Assembly: GCA_049700835.1 (NCBI GenBank)
Contig: JBNAUL010000002.1
Span: 153,967-217,966 of the forward strand
Length of the DNA: 64,000 nt
DNA from: Candidatus Woesearchaeota archaeon
GTDB taxonomy: Archaea; Nanobdellota; Nanobdellia; Woesearchaeales; WAPY01
Direction of reading: 5' to 3'
Shown: piece after piece, positions 20,612 through 31,459 of the stretch
Layout of the letters: every line of letters starts with the position of its first letter
Numbering within the stretch: the first letter of the stretch is position 1
Position numbers and translations under genes: made by a program
The notes under the pieces: generated by a model
Database searches by the model: none
What the model saw: only the letters and a program-made list of their open reading frames with translations
Told to the model about the DNA's origin: nothing

Positions 20612-21607
20612 ATGGAACTTAAATCTCTGAATTTAGGAATTCTGTTTGTTTTTTCCTGCTCAATGATCCTTTTCAGCGCGCTTCAGAGCGATTTTTCAAC
20701 TGCAAATATGCTTTCCAATGAGACACAAAATGCTGAAATTTCTAATAGCAGCATAATGCTTAAGAAATTATTTTTTAAAGATGGAGACGCCTACTTTGAG
20801 ATTTTAGTTTGCAGGGCAAACACGAGAAAGTATGCTGTAAAGGCGTACATTGAATGCATTGATGAAAATTCAAAAAAAACAAAGAATCATGTTTCAACAT
20901 TTTATGCAAGAAAAGATGGTTGCTATAACTTTAATTTCAGCGTTAATTATAAAGAAAATATTTTGAACAATAATTGCTCTTTGATTGTTGAAGGGCTTGG
21001 CATCCTTATGCAAGAAGAAATTGAGCGCTATGATATTAATGCTGAAATCTTTGAAATTGTGAGAAATGGAGATTTCCTTGAAACAACGCTAAAAATAGAA
21101 AACAACGAATTTGAAGACAAAAATTTAATCGCAAGAGGAAAACTTTTTTCAGAACAAAGAGAAATTGACGTTTCTGAAAAAGAATTTTCTCTTAAAGGAA
21201 ATTCAGAAGTCCTTGTTGTGCTAAGAAACATTTTAAGCTTAGAAGCAGAGCATTTGAGTGTTGAAATTCTAAAAGAAAACATTGCAGTATTTGAAGAAAT
21301 CAGTGACATAAGTTCATTTGCAAAAGACCTGAATTTGCAGTTGCAAGAGAATGATACGAATGATGCTGCAGGAATAAAATCTTTGAACAATTCTGCTGAA
21401 AACAATTTTTATCAAGAAGAAAATTCTAAGAAAATTGAAACTGAGAAAATGAATTTTTCAGCGAACAAAAACAGCGCTCAAGATTTAAATAAAACCTGTG
21501 TTCAAAAAACAAGTTGCAGTTGCAGGGATTATCAAAGATTGGTTGCTCTTTACACATTCCTCTTCCTTTCAGTAATGCTCAACATTATTCTGATAGCAAA
21601 GAGATGA
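20612..21607 (+). CDS. Exported protein with C-terminal membrane anchor
   Basis: N-terminal hydrophobic signal, C-terminal TM ending in KR. Confidence 0.7.
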   Translation: MELKSLNLGILFVFSCSMILFSALQSDFSTANMLSNETQNAEISNSSIMLKKLFFKDGDAYFEILVCRANTRKYAVKAYIECIDENSKKTKNHVSTFYARKDGCYNFNFSVNYKENILNNNCSLIVEGLGILMQEEIERYDINAEIFEIVRNGDFLETTLKIENNEFEDKNLIARGKLFSEQREIDVSEKEFSLKGNSEVLVVLRNILSLEAEHLSVEILKENIAVFEEISDISSFAKDLNLQLQENDTNDAAGIKSLNNSAENNFYQEENSKKIETEKMNFSANKNSAQDLNKTCVQKTSCSCRDYQRLVALYTFLFLSVMLNIILIAKR

Positions 21608-21682
21608 CAACAAACAAAAAACAAGAAAACAAAGAAACTAAAAAGAAAAAGATTTATAAAACAAAACCCTTTCTTAAAAATT

Positions 21683-22315
21683 ATGAAAGATGTTGAGAAC
21701 CCAATAATTGCAAGGGCAATAATAGAACTCATAGGAACTCCAAAAAAGTATTTGGAAGAAACAGCGCACAAGATAGTTGACAGCTTGACTTCAAGGAAAG
21801 AACTAAGCGTTTTAAAAAAGGAATTCTTTGAACCATCAGACAAGGGAAAATTCTTTTCAACCTTTTGCGAGCTTGAAATAAGCTTTAATGATTTGAGCGC
21901 TCTGATGAATTTTTGCATTGATTACCTTCCTTCTTCAATAGAGGTCTTAGAACCGCCAAACCTTAATTCAAATGCAATAGCGCTAACAAACTTCTTCAAC
22001 GACCTTTTAGCTAAGTTGCACACTTTGGACATGGGTTACAAAGAGTTGACAGCGCAGAAGAAGATACTTGAAGAAAACATGCTAAAACTTTTAAGGAATA
22101 ATGTTATGATTACATTGAGAGAAGCAAAGGAACCATTAGAAATTGAAACCCTGTCAAGGAGAGTTGGAATCCCAAAAGAGCAGTTGGAACCAATGCTAAA
22201 TCTTTGGATTGAAGAGGAACACATAGTGAAACAGGACTCAAAATATACTCTCCCTGAGTTAAAATTAGAGAAGGATAATTCAAAAAAAGAGGAAAAAGAA
22301 AGCCAAAAAAAATAA
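21683..22315 (+). CDS. Hypothetical protein (alpha/beta domain, coiled coil, C-terminal wHTH-like)
   Basis: IIELIGTPK, FCIDYLPSSIEVLEP; C-terminal IETLSRRVGIPKEQL. Confidence 0.7.
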   Translation: MKDVENPIIARAIIELIGTPKKYLEETAHKIVDSLTSRKELSVLKKEFFEPSDKGKFFSTFCELEISFNDLSALMNFCIDYLPSSIEVLEPPNLNSNAIALTNFFNDLLAKLHTLDMGYKELTAQKKILEENMLKLLRNNVMITLREAKEPLEIETLSRRVGIPKEQLEPMLNLWIEEEHIVKQDSKYTLPELKLEKDNSKKEEKESQKK

Positions 22316-22446
22316 AAATCATAAAAAGTTATTAGAGATTTATGAGATAATTAGTAGGAGAGTTAAATAAAAAATAGGCAGGTCTTGTTTTTATCTAATA
22401 AAAAATTTTATAATAAAATCTGCTTGCTTTTCATCCATGATTTCAA

Positions 22447-23379
22447 ATGGCACAAGAAAAGGAAAAAAGAGAGGAATCTGAGGATTTTGAGAACCAAGTT
22501 AACAGCGTTGAAGCTGTTTTATTTGCATCTGGAAAACCAATGACCGCAGAGGAGATATCAAAGATATGCAAGCTTAGTAACGAAGAAGTTCTTAAGGCGC
22601 TGGGGTTTTTAAAAAAGAGATACGAGAGCGGAACTTCTCTAACTCTTATAGAATACAACAATGCATGGAAACTCACAGTAAGGGAGAAATTTATTGGTCA
22701 TGTTAGGAAGATTGTGCCTCACACAGAACTTACAAAAACCCTTCTTGAAACCCTTGCAGTGATTGCATGGAAAGCCCCTGTTTTACAGTCAGACATAATA
22801 AAGATAAGAACTAACAAAGCATATGACCACATAAACGAACTTGCAGCTCAGGGCTTTATAACAAAAGAAAAGCATGGAAAAACAGCTCTTTTAAAGCTTA
22901 CAAAAAAGTTTTATGATTATTTTGAAATAGATGAAACAACTGATTTGAGCAAGATCCTTAACAAGATGCAGCCCAGCAGGAAAAAACCACAAGTTGAATT
23001 TTACGGAGAGAAAGAAAGAAAAGCTGAAAACAAACAAAGAAGCATAGAGAAAAAAGAAGAATATAAAGATGAAAATAAGAAAGAAAATGATAAAATAGAA
23101 AGCGCTGATGCTAGCAAGAAAAAAGAAGAAAAAGAAGAAAGAGGATTGCCAAAAAAAGAGCAAAAAAAATTTCATGGGCTTGAAGAAGAACAGGAAGAAG
23201 TAAATGAGCTAAAAGAGAAATCTTCTGAAATCAGGCAGGAGAAAGAAGAGCAAGAAGAAAGCGATAAAGGCATAGAAACCAATAATAACCAAAACAATGA
23301 AAACAGAATAGAGAAAGATTTTAATGATTCTTATGAAAATTATGAATATGATAAGGATTTAAGCAGCAAAAAAGAGTAA
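22447..23379 (+). CDS. scpB: SMC-Scp complex subunit ScpB with long charged C-terminal tail
   Basis: VEAVLFASGKPM, LETLAVIAWKAPVLQSDIIKIR, AYDHINEL, LTKKFYDYF. Confidence 0.92.
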   Translation: MAQEKEKREESEDFENQVNSVEAVLFASGKPMTAEEISKICKLSNEEVLKALGFLKKRYESGTSLTLIEYNNAWKLTVREKFIGHVRKIVPHTELTKTLLETLAVIAWKAPVLQSDIIKIRTNKAYDHINELAAQGFITKEKHGKTALLKLTKKFYDYFEIDETTDLSKILNKMQPSRKKPQVEFYGEKERKAENKQRSIEKKEEYKDENKKENDKIESADASKKKEEKEERGLPKKEQKKFHGLEEEQEEVNELKEKSSEIRQEKEEQEESDKGIETNNNQNNENRIEKDFNDSYENYEYDKDLSSKKE

Positions 23380-23515
23380 AGAGAATAAAGAGAATTAAGG
23401 AAAAGCATAAATAAAAGCATTAAAAAGCATTAAATAAATTCAATTAAAATGAACTAAATCAACATGAATTAAATTAACAAAAATCAGGATAAAAAATTAA
23501 AGAGGTGTTTTAATC

Positions 23516-23668
23516 ATGGTTGTTTTGGAGTTGAAATGCCCGAATTGCCACAACAAGATGCTCTACAGCCCAAAGAAGGACTATCTTAAAAAGAGCAAGA
23601 GGTGCGTTTATTGTGGAAAGAGTTTTAGGGTTAGTTCAAATATTTTAAGAATAGTAAGAAAATATTAA
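23516..23668 (+). CDS. Small zinc-ribbon protein (50 aa; not in ORF track)
   Basis: GAGGTG SD; MVVLELKCPNCHNKMLY...KRCVYCGKSFRV. Confidence 0.8.
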   Translation: MVVLELKCPNCHNKMLYSPKKDYLKKSKRCVYCGKSFRVSSNILRIVRKY

Positions 23669-23712
23669 AATGAAAGATTGAAAGAATTGATAGAGAATGC
23701 CGAGAGACTAAA

Positions 23713-26166
23713 ATGAAAGAGAAGAAGGAAAACATTAAAGAAGGAAACATTGAAGATGAGATGAAATCCTCTTATCTTGATTATGCAATGTCTGTCATAG
23801 TTGGAAGGGCTCTTCCTGATGTCAAAGACGGGTTAAAACCTGTCCATAGGAGAATTTTGTATACTATGCATCAGATGAAGCTCTTCCACAGCAAGCAGTT
23901 CAAAAAATCAGCAAGAGTTGTTGGAGATGTTCTTGGAAAATACCATCCGCACGGAGACGCTGCTGTTTATGATGCTTTGGTGAGAATGGCTCAGCCTTTT
24001 TCAATGAGATACCCTTTGATTGACGGTCAGGGAAATTTTGGAAGCATTGATGGGGATAGTGCTGCTGCAATGCGTTACACAGAGGTCCGTCTTTCAAAGA
24101 TTGCTGAAGAGTTGTTGAAAGACATTGAGAAGGAAACAGTTGATTTTGGAAAGAATTTTGACAATACCCTTGAAGAGCCGCTCTTCCTTCCTTCCAGAAT
24201 ACCAAACTTATTGCTAAATGGAAGCTCTGGAATTGCTGTTGGAATGGCAACCAACATTCCTCCTCACAACCTGTCAGAGGTTTTTGAAGCATTGGCAAGA
24301 TTAATTGACAATCCTGAAATGAGCATAGAAGGCATAATGAGCATAATAAAAGGTCCTGATTTTCCAACAGGAGGTCTTGTATATTCAAATGGTAATCTTA
24401 TAAATGCCTACAAAAACGGGCGTGGGCAGGTAATTGTAAGGGCAAGAACAGAAGTTGAATCAAAAGCAAAAAAGAATAGCATAATAATCACAGAAATTCC
24501 TTTCCAAGTAAACAAATCTCTGCTTCTCGAAGAAATTGCAAACCTTGTTAAGAACAAAACAATTGAAGGAATTTCTGACATAAGAGATGAAAGTGACAAG
24601 GAAGGAGTTAGGATTGTAATCTCATTAAAGCAGGATGTTAATCCTGAAATAACTCTTAATCAACTATTCCATCATACAAAGTTGCAGACGAATTATGGAA
24701 TAATCATGCTATGCCTTGTTGAAGGCAAGCCAAGAATATTAAACATAAAGGAACTCCTTCTTAATTTCATTGATTACAGGAAGAAAACAATAACAAGGGC
24801 TCTCAATTTTGATTTGAGAAAAGCAAAGGAAAGAGTGCACATAGTAGAAGGGCTTGTAATAGCATTAAAGAGGATTGATGAGGTGATTGCAAAGATTAAG
24901 CAGTCAGGAAACATTGAAGAAGCTAAGAACTCCTTAATGAATGAATTCGGTTTGAGCGAGAAGCAGGCATTGGCAATATTGGAGATGAAACTGCAGAGAT
25001 TATCAAGGTTGGAGTTTCAAAAGACAATTGAAGAAAAGGAATCCCTGCTCAAAACAATTGAGGAACTGAACAGAATTCTTGGCTCTGAAAACGAAATTCT
25101 AAAAATAATGAAAAAGGAATTTGAGGAATTAAAGAATGCTTATGGTGATAAGAGAAGGACAGACATGGTTAAAGAGGAAAGCATTGAGCTTGATGTTGAG
25201 GACTTAATAAAAAGAGAGGATGTTGTGATAACCCTTACCAACAAAGGCTATATAAAAAGAACTTCTCTTAAAGAATACAGAACACAAAACAGAGGAGGTA
25301 GAGGGCTTGTTGGAACTCAAACAAGAGAAGAGGATTTTGTTAAGAATGTTTTAATAGCAAACACTCACTCGTGGTTGTTGTTCTTCACAGACAAGGGAAG
25401 GTTCTTCAGGCTGAAGGTTTATAAGATTCCTGAAACAGGAAGAAATTCAAAAGGAAGGGCTGTTGTAAATCTCTTGGAATTAGAGCAAGGGGAAAATATA
25501 ACAGCGCTTCTTCCAATTGAGGAATTCAACTCTGGTTTAATATTGATGGCAACATCAAGAGGAACAATTAAAAAATCAAGATTGAGCGATTACTTCACAT
25601 CAAGAAATGGAGTAAGAGCAATACTCTTGGAAGAAAATGACAAGCTTATAGGAGTTGACATAGTAAGAGAAAACAATTTTGTAATACTTGCAACAAAAAA
25701 CGGGTTTGCAGCAAGATTCAAAGAGGATGAAGTAAGAACAATGGGAAGGGTGACAAGAGGAGTCTGCGGAATAAAATTAAAGAGCAGCGATGAGGTAGTA
25801 GGAATGGTCGTGTCTGAAAGCGAAGAAGAAACCCTTCTCACAACCAGCGAAAACGGATTTGGAAAGAGAACTTATGTCAAGGATTACAGACTAACAGGAA
25901 GGGCTGTAAATGGAGTTATAAACCTTAAGGTAAATGAAAAAACAGGAAAGGTTGTTGCATTAAAAACAGTAAATGACAATGATGAGATAATACTGATTAC
26001 AAAGTTTGGTTACACAATAAGGCTTCCTGTTAAGCAAATATCTGTTGTTGGCAGAAACACGCAAGGAGTAAGACTTATAAAACTTGAACAAGAAGACAAG
26101 GTTGTAGGAGTTGAGAGGATAAGAGGGGATAACAAACTTGATAATTCAAATCAGGAAGCAAAATAA
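23713..26166 (+). CDS. gyrA: DNA gyrase subunit A
   Basis: [32 protein letters not shown] catalytic Tyr, GyrA-box QNRGGRG, C-terminal beta-pinwheel repeats. Confidence 0.96.
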   Translation: MKEKKENIKEGNIEDEMKSSYLDYAMSVIVGRALPDVKDGLKPVHRRILYTMHQMKLFHSKQFKKSARVVGDVLGKYHPHGDAAVYDALVRMAQPFSMRYPLIDGQGNFGSIDGDSAAAMRYTEVRLSKIAEELLKDIEKETVDFGKNFDNTLEEPLFLPSRIPNLLLNGSSGIAVGMATNIPPHNLSEVFEALARLIDNPEMSIEGIMSIIKGPDFPTGGLVYSNGNLINAYKNGRGQVIVRARTEVESKAKKNSIIITEIPFQVNKSLLLEEIANLVKNKTIEGISDIRDESDKEGVRIVISLKQDVNPEITLNQLFHHTKLQTNYGIIMLCLVEGKPRILNIKELLLNFIDYRKKTITRALNFDLRKAKERVHIVEGLVIALKRIDEVIAKIKQSGNIEEAKNSLMNEFGLSEKQALAILEMKLQRLSRLEFQKTIEEKESLLKTIEELNRILGSENEILKIMKKEFEELKNAYGDKRRTDMVKEESIELDVEDLIKREDVVITLTNKGYIKRTSLKEYRTQNRGGRGLVGTQTREEDFVKNVLIANTHSWLLFFTDKGRFFRLKVYKIPETGRNSKGRAVVNLLELEQGENITALLPIEEFNSGLILMATSRGTIKKSRLSDYFTSRNGVRAILLEENDKLIGVDIVRENNFVILATKNGFAARFKEDEVRTMGRVTRGVCGIKLKSSDEVVGMVVSESEEETLLTTSENGFGKRTYVKDYRLTGRAVNGVINLKVNEKTGKVVALKTVNDNDEIILITKFGYTIRLPVKQISVVGRNTQGVRLIKLEQEDKVVGVERIRGDNKLDNSNQEAK

Positions 26167-26517
26167 AAATTCAGAAGAAATAAAATAATTAAATAAAATA
26201 AAATAATAAGAACAGTAACAAAAATAAATAAAATATGAAAATATAAAATATTAAATAATAATTTAAAACAATCAAAAACAATTAAAATTAAAATAATACA
26301 ATAATAAAATAAGCTAGGCAAAACAAGTAAAGTACAATTAAAGTGCAGCCTGCAAATGCCAAATATTGCAAAAAAAGATAAAACTAATTGCTTAAAACAA
26401 AAATTATAAAAACATCAAAAGAATAATCAAAAATATTAAAAATATTAAATAAGATTAATTAAATATGATTTGCTTAACAAAAGCATATTAAATGCATATT
26501 AACGGAAGGTGGTTTAA

Positions 26518-26781
26518 ATGAATAAAAAACACTTGGAGTCAGCTGCTGTGTTCTTGTTCTTGTTTGGGCTCTTTATTGGAGTTGCAATGCTAAACAATGA
26601 AAAGACAATAACAGGCATGAGCGTTATGGGATTTGAAAAAGAAGAGATGCCGATATTTGCTTTTTTCACAGGATTTATGATTTTTATAATAGGAACCGCA
26701 ATTCTTCTTTATGCGATTAAAAGACAGGAAAAGAAGCAGGAGCAAAAACAAAAGCAAAATTTTTATTCTGAGAAAAAATAA
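26518..26781 (+). CDS. Small 2-TM membrane protein
   Basis: Two TM helices, ITGMSV linker; SD AGGTGG. Confidence 0.7.
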   Translation: MNKKHLESAAVFLFLFGLFIGVAMLNNEKTITGMSVMGFEKEEMPIFAFFTGFMIFIIGTAILLYAIKRQEKKQEQKQKQNFYSEKK

Positions 26782-26958
26782 AGGATTAAATAATTAAAAA
26801 ATAATTAAAATTAAAAAATAAAAGAGCAAAGTAAAAACTATAAGACAACATAAAAATAAAATACAAAAGAGTTTTTGATTTAGATTTTTACGATTTTGCA
26901 AAACAGCAAAAAAACAAAAAACAAAAATGTTTAAATAGGAAATTTGTTTTCAGTTTTT

Positions 26959-28449
26959 ATGGCAAAATCAGCAAATACAAAGGAAAACAAGGATGATGAT
27001 TCTGAAAATGAATTAGAACTTCCAAAATCCATAACAGCTAAAAAGGGTTCTGATTTTTCAAGGTGGTTCAACCAAGTGCTTTCTGTTTCAGGAATAATTG
27101 ACAAAAGATACAATGTAAAGGGATGTTTTGTTTGGCTTAATTATGGATATGAAATAATGCTCAACATAAAGAAAATTTGGGATTCACTGCTCAAAGAGAA
27201 TGATTACAAAGAACTCTATTTTCCTCAATTAGTCCCTCTTGAGTATGCAAAAATAAATGAAAAATGGTGGAACAGTTTCAAAAAACAGGCATTCTTTGTT
27301 ACTGTTCCCAAAGAAAGAGAACCAAGCTATATTCTAAGGCCTACAGGAGAGCCTGCGATGTATCCAATGTTCAAACTTTGGATTCGCTCATACAATGATT
27401 TGCCTATAAGAATTTATGAAACAGTCAGCAGTTTTCGCTATGAAACAAAACACACAAGGCCCTTGATCAGGGACAGGGAGATAACTGTTTGGCATGAGAT
27501 ACACACAGCTCACGCAACAATGGAAGAAGCGTCAGAAGAACTCAAAATTCATATGAAGATATGGGATGAAATATGGAATGAACTTTGTTTAACACCTTTA
27601 AAAGTTGAAAAGCCGATATGGGAGTGTTTTCCAGGAGCGCTTGGCGCTGTTGAGTATTATTCATTAATGCCTTCTGGAAAAATCATGGAAAACGGTTCAT
27701 GCAATAATCTTGGACAAGCTTATGCCAAGAAATTTGACATAAAATTCAAAAGAGCAGATGGCACAGAGGACTATGCATGGATGACATGCACTGGAAATGG
27801 CGCAAGATTGTTGGCAGCGGTTATAGGAGTTCATGGAGATGACAATGGCTTGATACTCCCCCCAAAAATTGCTCCAATACAAGTTGTAATCGTTCCAATA
27901 TTTGACGATAAAAACAAGAATGAGATTATTGAGAAATCAAAGCAGTTGCTTAAAAAATTGAAGGATAACAGAATAAGAGCCTTTTTGGATGAAAGCCAAG
28001 ATTCTGTTGGTTCAAAGTTCTACAATTGGGAGATAAAAGGAGTTCCATTGAGAATAGAGCTTGGCGTTAGAGAGTTCTCCCAAAACAAATTTTGCATTGC
28101 AAGAAGGGACTTGAAAAAAAGAGAACTGTTTAACATGGAAGATGTTCTGTCTGTTGTAAATAAAAAACTCAAGGAGATTGAAGCAGAACTGCTTAACAGG
28201 AGCAAAAGTTTTTTGCAGGAGAACATTGTTTTCGCGAAAAACAAAAAAGAGGCTGTTGAAAACCTAAAAAGGAACAAGATTGTAGAGGTTTATTGGTGCG
28301 GTTCAAGAGAGTGTTGGGACAAAATAAAGGAGTTTGGAGAAGGGATTGAACTCTTTGGTTCTGATTTGAAAAACGAAGAAAGAGAAGGAGAGTGCTTAGT
28401 TTGCCAAAAAAAGACGTACAAAACAGGTTATGTTGCAAACACCTATTAA
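26959..28449 (+). CDS. proS: Prolyl-tRNA synthetase (archaeal/eukaryotic type)
   Basis: LRPTGE, FRYETKHTRPLIRDREI, GLILPPKIAPIQVVIVP, KGVPLRIELG, C-terminal Zn domain ending in Tyr. Confidence 0.95.
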   Translation: MAKSANTKENKDDDSENELELPKSITAKKGSDFSRWFNQVLSVSGIIDKRYNVKGCFVWLNYGYEIMLNIKKIWDSLLKENDYKELYFPQLVPLEYAKINEKWWNSFKKQAFFVTVPKEREPSYILRPTGEPAMYPMFKLWIRSYNDLPIRIYETVSSFRYETKHTRPLIRDREITVWHEIHTAHATMEEASEELKIHMKIWDEIWNELCLTPLKVEKPIWECFPGALGAVEYYSLMPSGKIMENGSCNNLGQAYAKKFDIKFKRADGTEDYAWMTCTGNGARLLAAVIGVHGDDNGLILPPKIAPIQVVIVPIFDDKNKNEIIEKSKQLLKKLKDNRIRAFLDESQDSVGSKFYNWEIKGVPLRIELGVREFSQNKFCIARRDLKKRELFNMEDVLSVVNKKLKEIEAELLNRSKSFLQENIVFAKNKKEAVENLKRNKIVEVYWCGSRECWDKIKEFGEGIELFGSDLKNEEREGECLVCQKKTYKTGYVANTY

Positions 28450-28537
28450 GCGCATAAGCGCATGCTGAGCCAAAAACAGAAAAATTAATAAGCAAGCTGC
28501 TTTTCAAAAGAGCACAAGAAAGTAAGATTAACAATTA

Positions 28538-28864
28538 ATGGATAAAAAGATGATTTGGTCTTTTTTTATTAAAGAGGAACTTGAGTTTGTTGAGATTTTT
28601 AAAACAGGGAACAAGTTTTTGACAAAGGGTTCAAAACACGAGTTCTCAATAAAAATTATACTTCTTGTAATGCTCCTGCTTCTACTCAAGATAGCTGTTC
28701 TTCCTTCTCCTTCATCGCTTCAGTTAGTCCTCTCAATCTTTTTAACAATCGCTCTTATTCTGCTTGTTTTTAAATTCTTCCAATTATTAAATACATCTGT
28801 GAAAAGGTTCTCCATATATGGAATATTCTTTATCATTCTTGTTTTAGTGATATTCATTGTTTGA
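28538..28864 (+). CDS. Membrane protein
   Basis: Three hydrophobic segments. Confidence 0.6.
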   Translation: MDKKMIWSFFIKEELEFVEIFKTGNKFLTKGSKHEFSIKIILLVMLLLLLKIAVLPSPSSLQLVLSIFLTIALILLVFKFFQLLNTSVKRFSIYGIFFIILVLVIFIV

Positions 28865-28914
28865 TGCACAAAAAATGGGAAAAATTTTATATTACCTACA
28901 TTATTCTTAAATTC

Positions 28915-29196
28915 ATGGGAAATTTTGTCTTAAAGGTCTTGGGGGTTCTTGATTTGGCAGTTGCAATAGTGCTTTCATGCAGCACTTTTCTTTCTGCAAG
29001 CATTGTAAAGCAAGCAGGAATTTATCTACTTCTAAAAGGAGTTCTTTTCTCGTTCTCAGGTGACATCGCAAGCATTCTTGACATACTTTCTGCAATATAC
29101 ATTATTGTTCTGAGTTTTGGCATAAGCAGTCCTTTCATTTCAATAATTGTTTTTGTCTATCTCTTGCAAAAGGCGCTTTACAGTATTGTAACATAA
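28915..29196 (+). CDS. Small membrane protein
   Basis: Hydrophobic 93 aa from ATG 28915; LGVLDL..LLKG..DIASILD pattern. Confidence 0.65.
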   Translation: MGNFVLKVLGVLDLAVAIVLSCSTFLSASIVKQAGIYLLLKGVLFSFSGDIASILDILSAIYIIVLSFGISSPFISIIVFVYLLQKALYSIVT

Positions 29197-29347
29197 CATG
29201 TTAAAACATTTATGCAAAAAATCAAGATATAAAAAAATTTAAGAAAAAAGGTTTGCATTCTAATAAATGCTTACAATAAATCTTAGATTATCTTTTAGAT
29301 TATTCTTTTATCCTCTTATTTTGTTTATCCTATTTTTTGTTCTTGCT

Positions 29348-31372
29348 CTATTTTTCATTGCTTTCCTGTTCATTTTCACCATTGCTGTTAGAACCCTTTT
29401 TTCTGAACCTGCTGTTTATTATGTTCCTCAGTATGTCTCTCAATTTCTCCTTTTTGAATTCAAAACCCAAGATGTTGTTTATCTTTTTTAACTCCTCTTT
29501 AAGTTCTTCTATCTTTTTGCTGTCGTCGCAATTCAACTGAAATGTAAGCAGCGCTCCTCTCTTTGTTGTTTTGCTCTTTACAGAAGTTACATTAATCTTC
29601 CTTGAAGAAATTGCTTTAAGTATGTCAGAAAGAAGCCCAACCCTGTCAATAAAACTAACATTCAAGGTGTATTCCTCGCCCTTGTCCTCTGATTTCCATT
29701 CCAAGAGAATTGTCTGCTCCCTTGGGCTTGAAAATTGGTTGATGCAGTTCTTCTTGTGAATAGTGTATTTTCCATCTTTTGTCTTTATAGCTATAATCTC
29801 GTCTCCGTATTGAGGATTACAGCACTTTCCAAACTTTACCAAAGAGGGTTTTATCCCTTTCAAATCAAGCAGTTTAAGGAGCTGCTGTTCGCTTAGTTCT
29901 GCATTCGCTTTAATGCTCTTGTCCTCTTTTGGAATTCCAAGAGCTTTCCTTATTTTTTGTGAAGCGGTTTTTGTCTTTACGAATTTGAGCCAACTGCTTG
30001 ACGGCTTTGCGTTTTTTGAGGTTATTATCTCAACAACATCCCCGCTTTCAAGCTCCTTGTCTAAGCTCACTATTTTTCCATTTACAATCGCCTTGCTGCA
30101 CTTATCTCCCAAATGTGTATGAACAGCATATGCAAAATCAACAGGGGTTGAACCTTCTGGAAGTATTACCGAATCACCTTTTGGAGTGAGAACAACAATC
30201 TCGTTTTTGAACAAATCAATCTTTAAGTCCTCAAAGAATTTTTCTGCGCTCTCTGCTTCCTGAACCCAAGAGAGTATTCTCTTGAGCCAGTTTATTCTCC
30301 TATCAAAATCAGAATCCTTCTCTGTTCCTTTGTAGCGCCAATGAGCAGCAATTCCGTCCTCTGCATTGTAATGCATCTCCCAGGTTCTTATCTGAACCTC
30401 AATCGGCTTTTTTTCATAGAGCAAGGTTGTGTGGAGCGACTGGTAACCATTTGGTTTTGGAATTGCAATGTAATCCCTGAATTCTTTCATTATTGGAATG
30501 TATTTTGAATGCAGGTAGCCAAGGATTTTGTAGCAGTCATCAACTGTCTTTGTTATTATCCTTATCGCTATCAAGTCGTGTATCTCCTCAAAGCCCTTGT
30601 TTTTAGTAATCATCTTTTTGTAAATGCTGTAAAAATTTTTGGCTCTTCCAAACACCTCTACTTCATACCCATTTTCTGAAAGTTCCTTCTTAAACTTGTC
30701 AACAATTTCCTTTACTTCTGCTTCCCTTTCTTCTCTTTTCTTTCCAATCTTTTTTTTCAATTCTTCGTATGGTTCTGGATTAAGGTACTTAAAACAAAGA
30801 TCTTCCATTTCTGATTTTATGTTGTACATTCCGAGCTTGTATGCTATAGGAACATAGATTTCAAGGGTTTCTTTTGCCATTTCCTTCTGCCTTTCTGGTT
30901 CTAAAAACTTTAATGTCTTTATGTTATGCAATCTGTCAGCGAGCTTTACAAGTATTACTCTGTAGTCCTTGCCTGTTGCAAGAATTATCTTTCTTATGTT
31001 CTCTGCTATGTTCTCCTCTTTGCTCAACTTCACTCGCTGTATCTTTGTAACTCCATCAACTATCGTTGCAACATCCTCTCCAAATTCCTTCTTTATATCT
31101 TCTATCTTTACAGCAGTGTCTTCAACGCAGTCGTGAAGCAGGGCTGCAACTATTGTTTGCGTGTCGCATCTTAATTCAGAGAGAATATAAGCTACCTCTG
31201 TAAGGTGTATGAAATACGGCTCTCCTGATTTTCTAAGCTGCCTCTCATGCTTCTTTTTTGCAAAATCGTATGCCTTGCTTATCAGCTGAAAGTCGAGTTT
31301 TGGATTGAGCTCTTTAATGCTTTTCAGAAATTCCTCTTTGCTCATTTCCTTTGTGACTTCTGCGTAGGACAT
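29348..31372 (-). CDS. rel: Long RelA/SpoT homologue, bifunctional (p)ppGpp synthetase/hydrolase
   Basis: HD: RKSGEPYFIH, AALLHDCVEDT, VKLADRLHN. SYNTH: GRAKNFYSIYKKM, HDLIAIR, DYIAIPKPNGYQSLHT, EVQIRT, GIAAHWRYK. TGS: TPVDFAYAVHT. ZFD: KCCNP...HKKNC. ACT: DRVGLLSDI. Confidence 0.95.
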   Translation of the reverse strand: MSYAEVTKEMSKEEFLKSIKELNPKLDFQLISKAYDFAKKKHERQLRKSGEPYFIHLTEVAYILSELRCDTQTIVAALLHDCVEDTAVKIEDIKKEFGEDVATIVDGVTKIQRVKLSKEENIAENIRKIILATGKDYRVILVKLADRLHNIKTLKFLEPERQKEMAKETLEIYVPIAYKLGMYNIKSEMEDLCFKYLNPEPYEELKKKIGKKREEREAEVKEIVDKFKKELSENGYEVEVFGRAKNFYSIYKKMITKNKGFEEIHDLIAIRIITKTVDDCYKILGYLHSKYIPIMKEFRDYIAIPKPNGYQSLHTTLLYEKKPIEVQIRTWEMHYNAEDGIAAHWRYKGTEKDSDFDRRINWLKRILSWVQEAESAEKFFEDLKIDLFKNEIVVLTPKGDSVILPEGSTPVDFAYAVHTHLGDKCSKAIVNGKIVSLDKELESGDVVEIITSKNAKPSSSWLKFVKTKTASQKIRKALGIPKEDKSIKANAELSEQQLLKLLDLKGIKPSLVKFGKCCNPQYGDEIIAIKTKDGKYTIHKKNCINQFSSPREQTILLEWKSEDKGEEYTLNVSFIDRVGLLSDILKAISSRKINVTSVKSKTTKRGALLTFQLNCDDSKKIEELKEELKKINNILGFEFKKEKLRDILRNIINSRFRKKGSNSNGENEQESNEK

Positions 31373-31459
31373 ATTAATACAATGTTTATTCTATTATTAA
31401 AAACTTTTGATTCTACAGGAAAAAATAAAACGAGAATGCTTGAAGTTTGAGAAATTAAA

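Noticed and set aside
26170..26480. A-rich intergenic tract with AATAA/AAATATTAA recurrences as a CRISPR array or origin
   Set aside because: Low complexity, no fixed-length repeats with spacers, no ORB-like box recognised.
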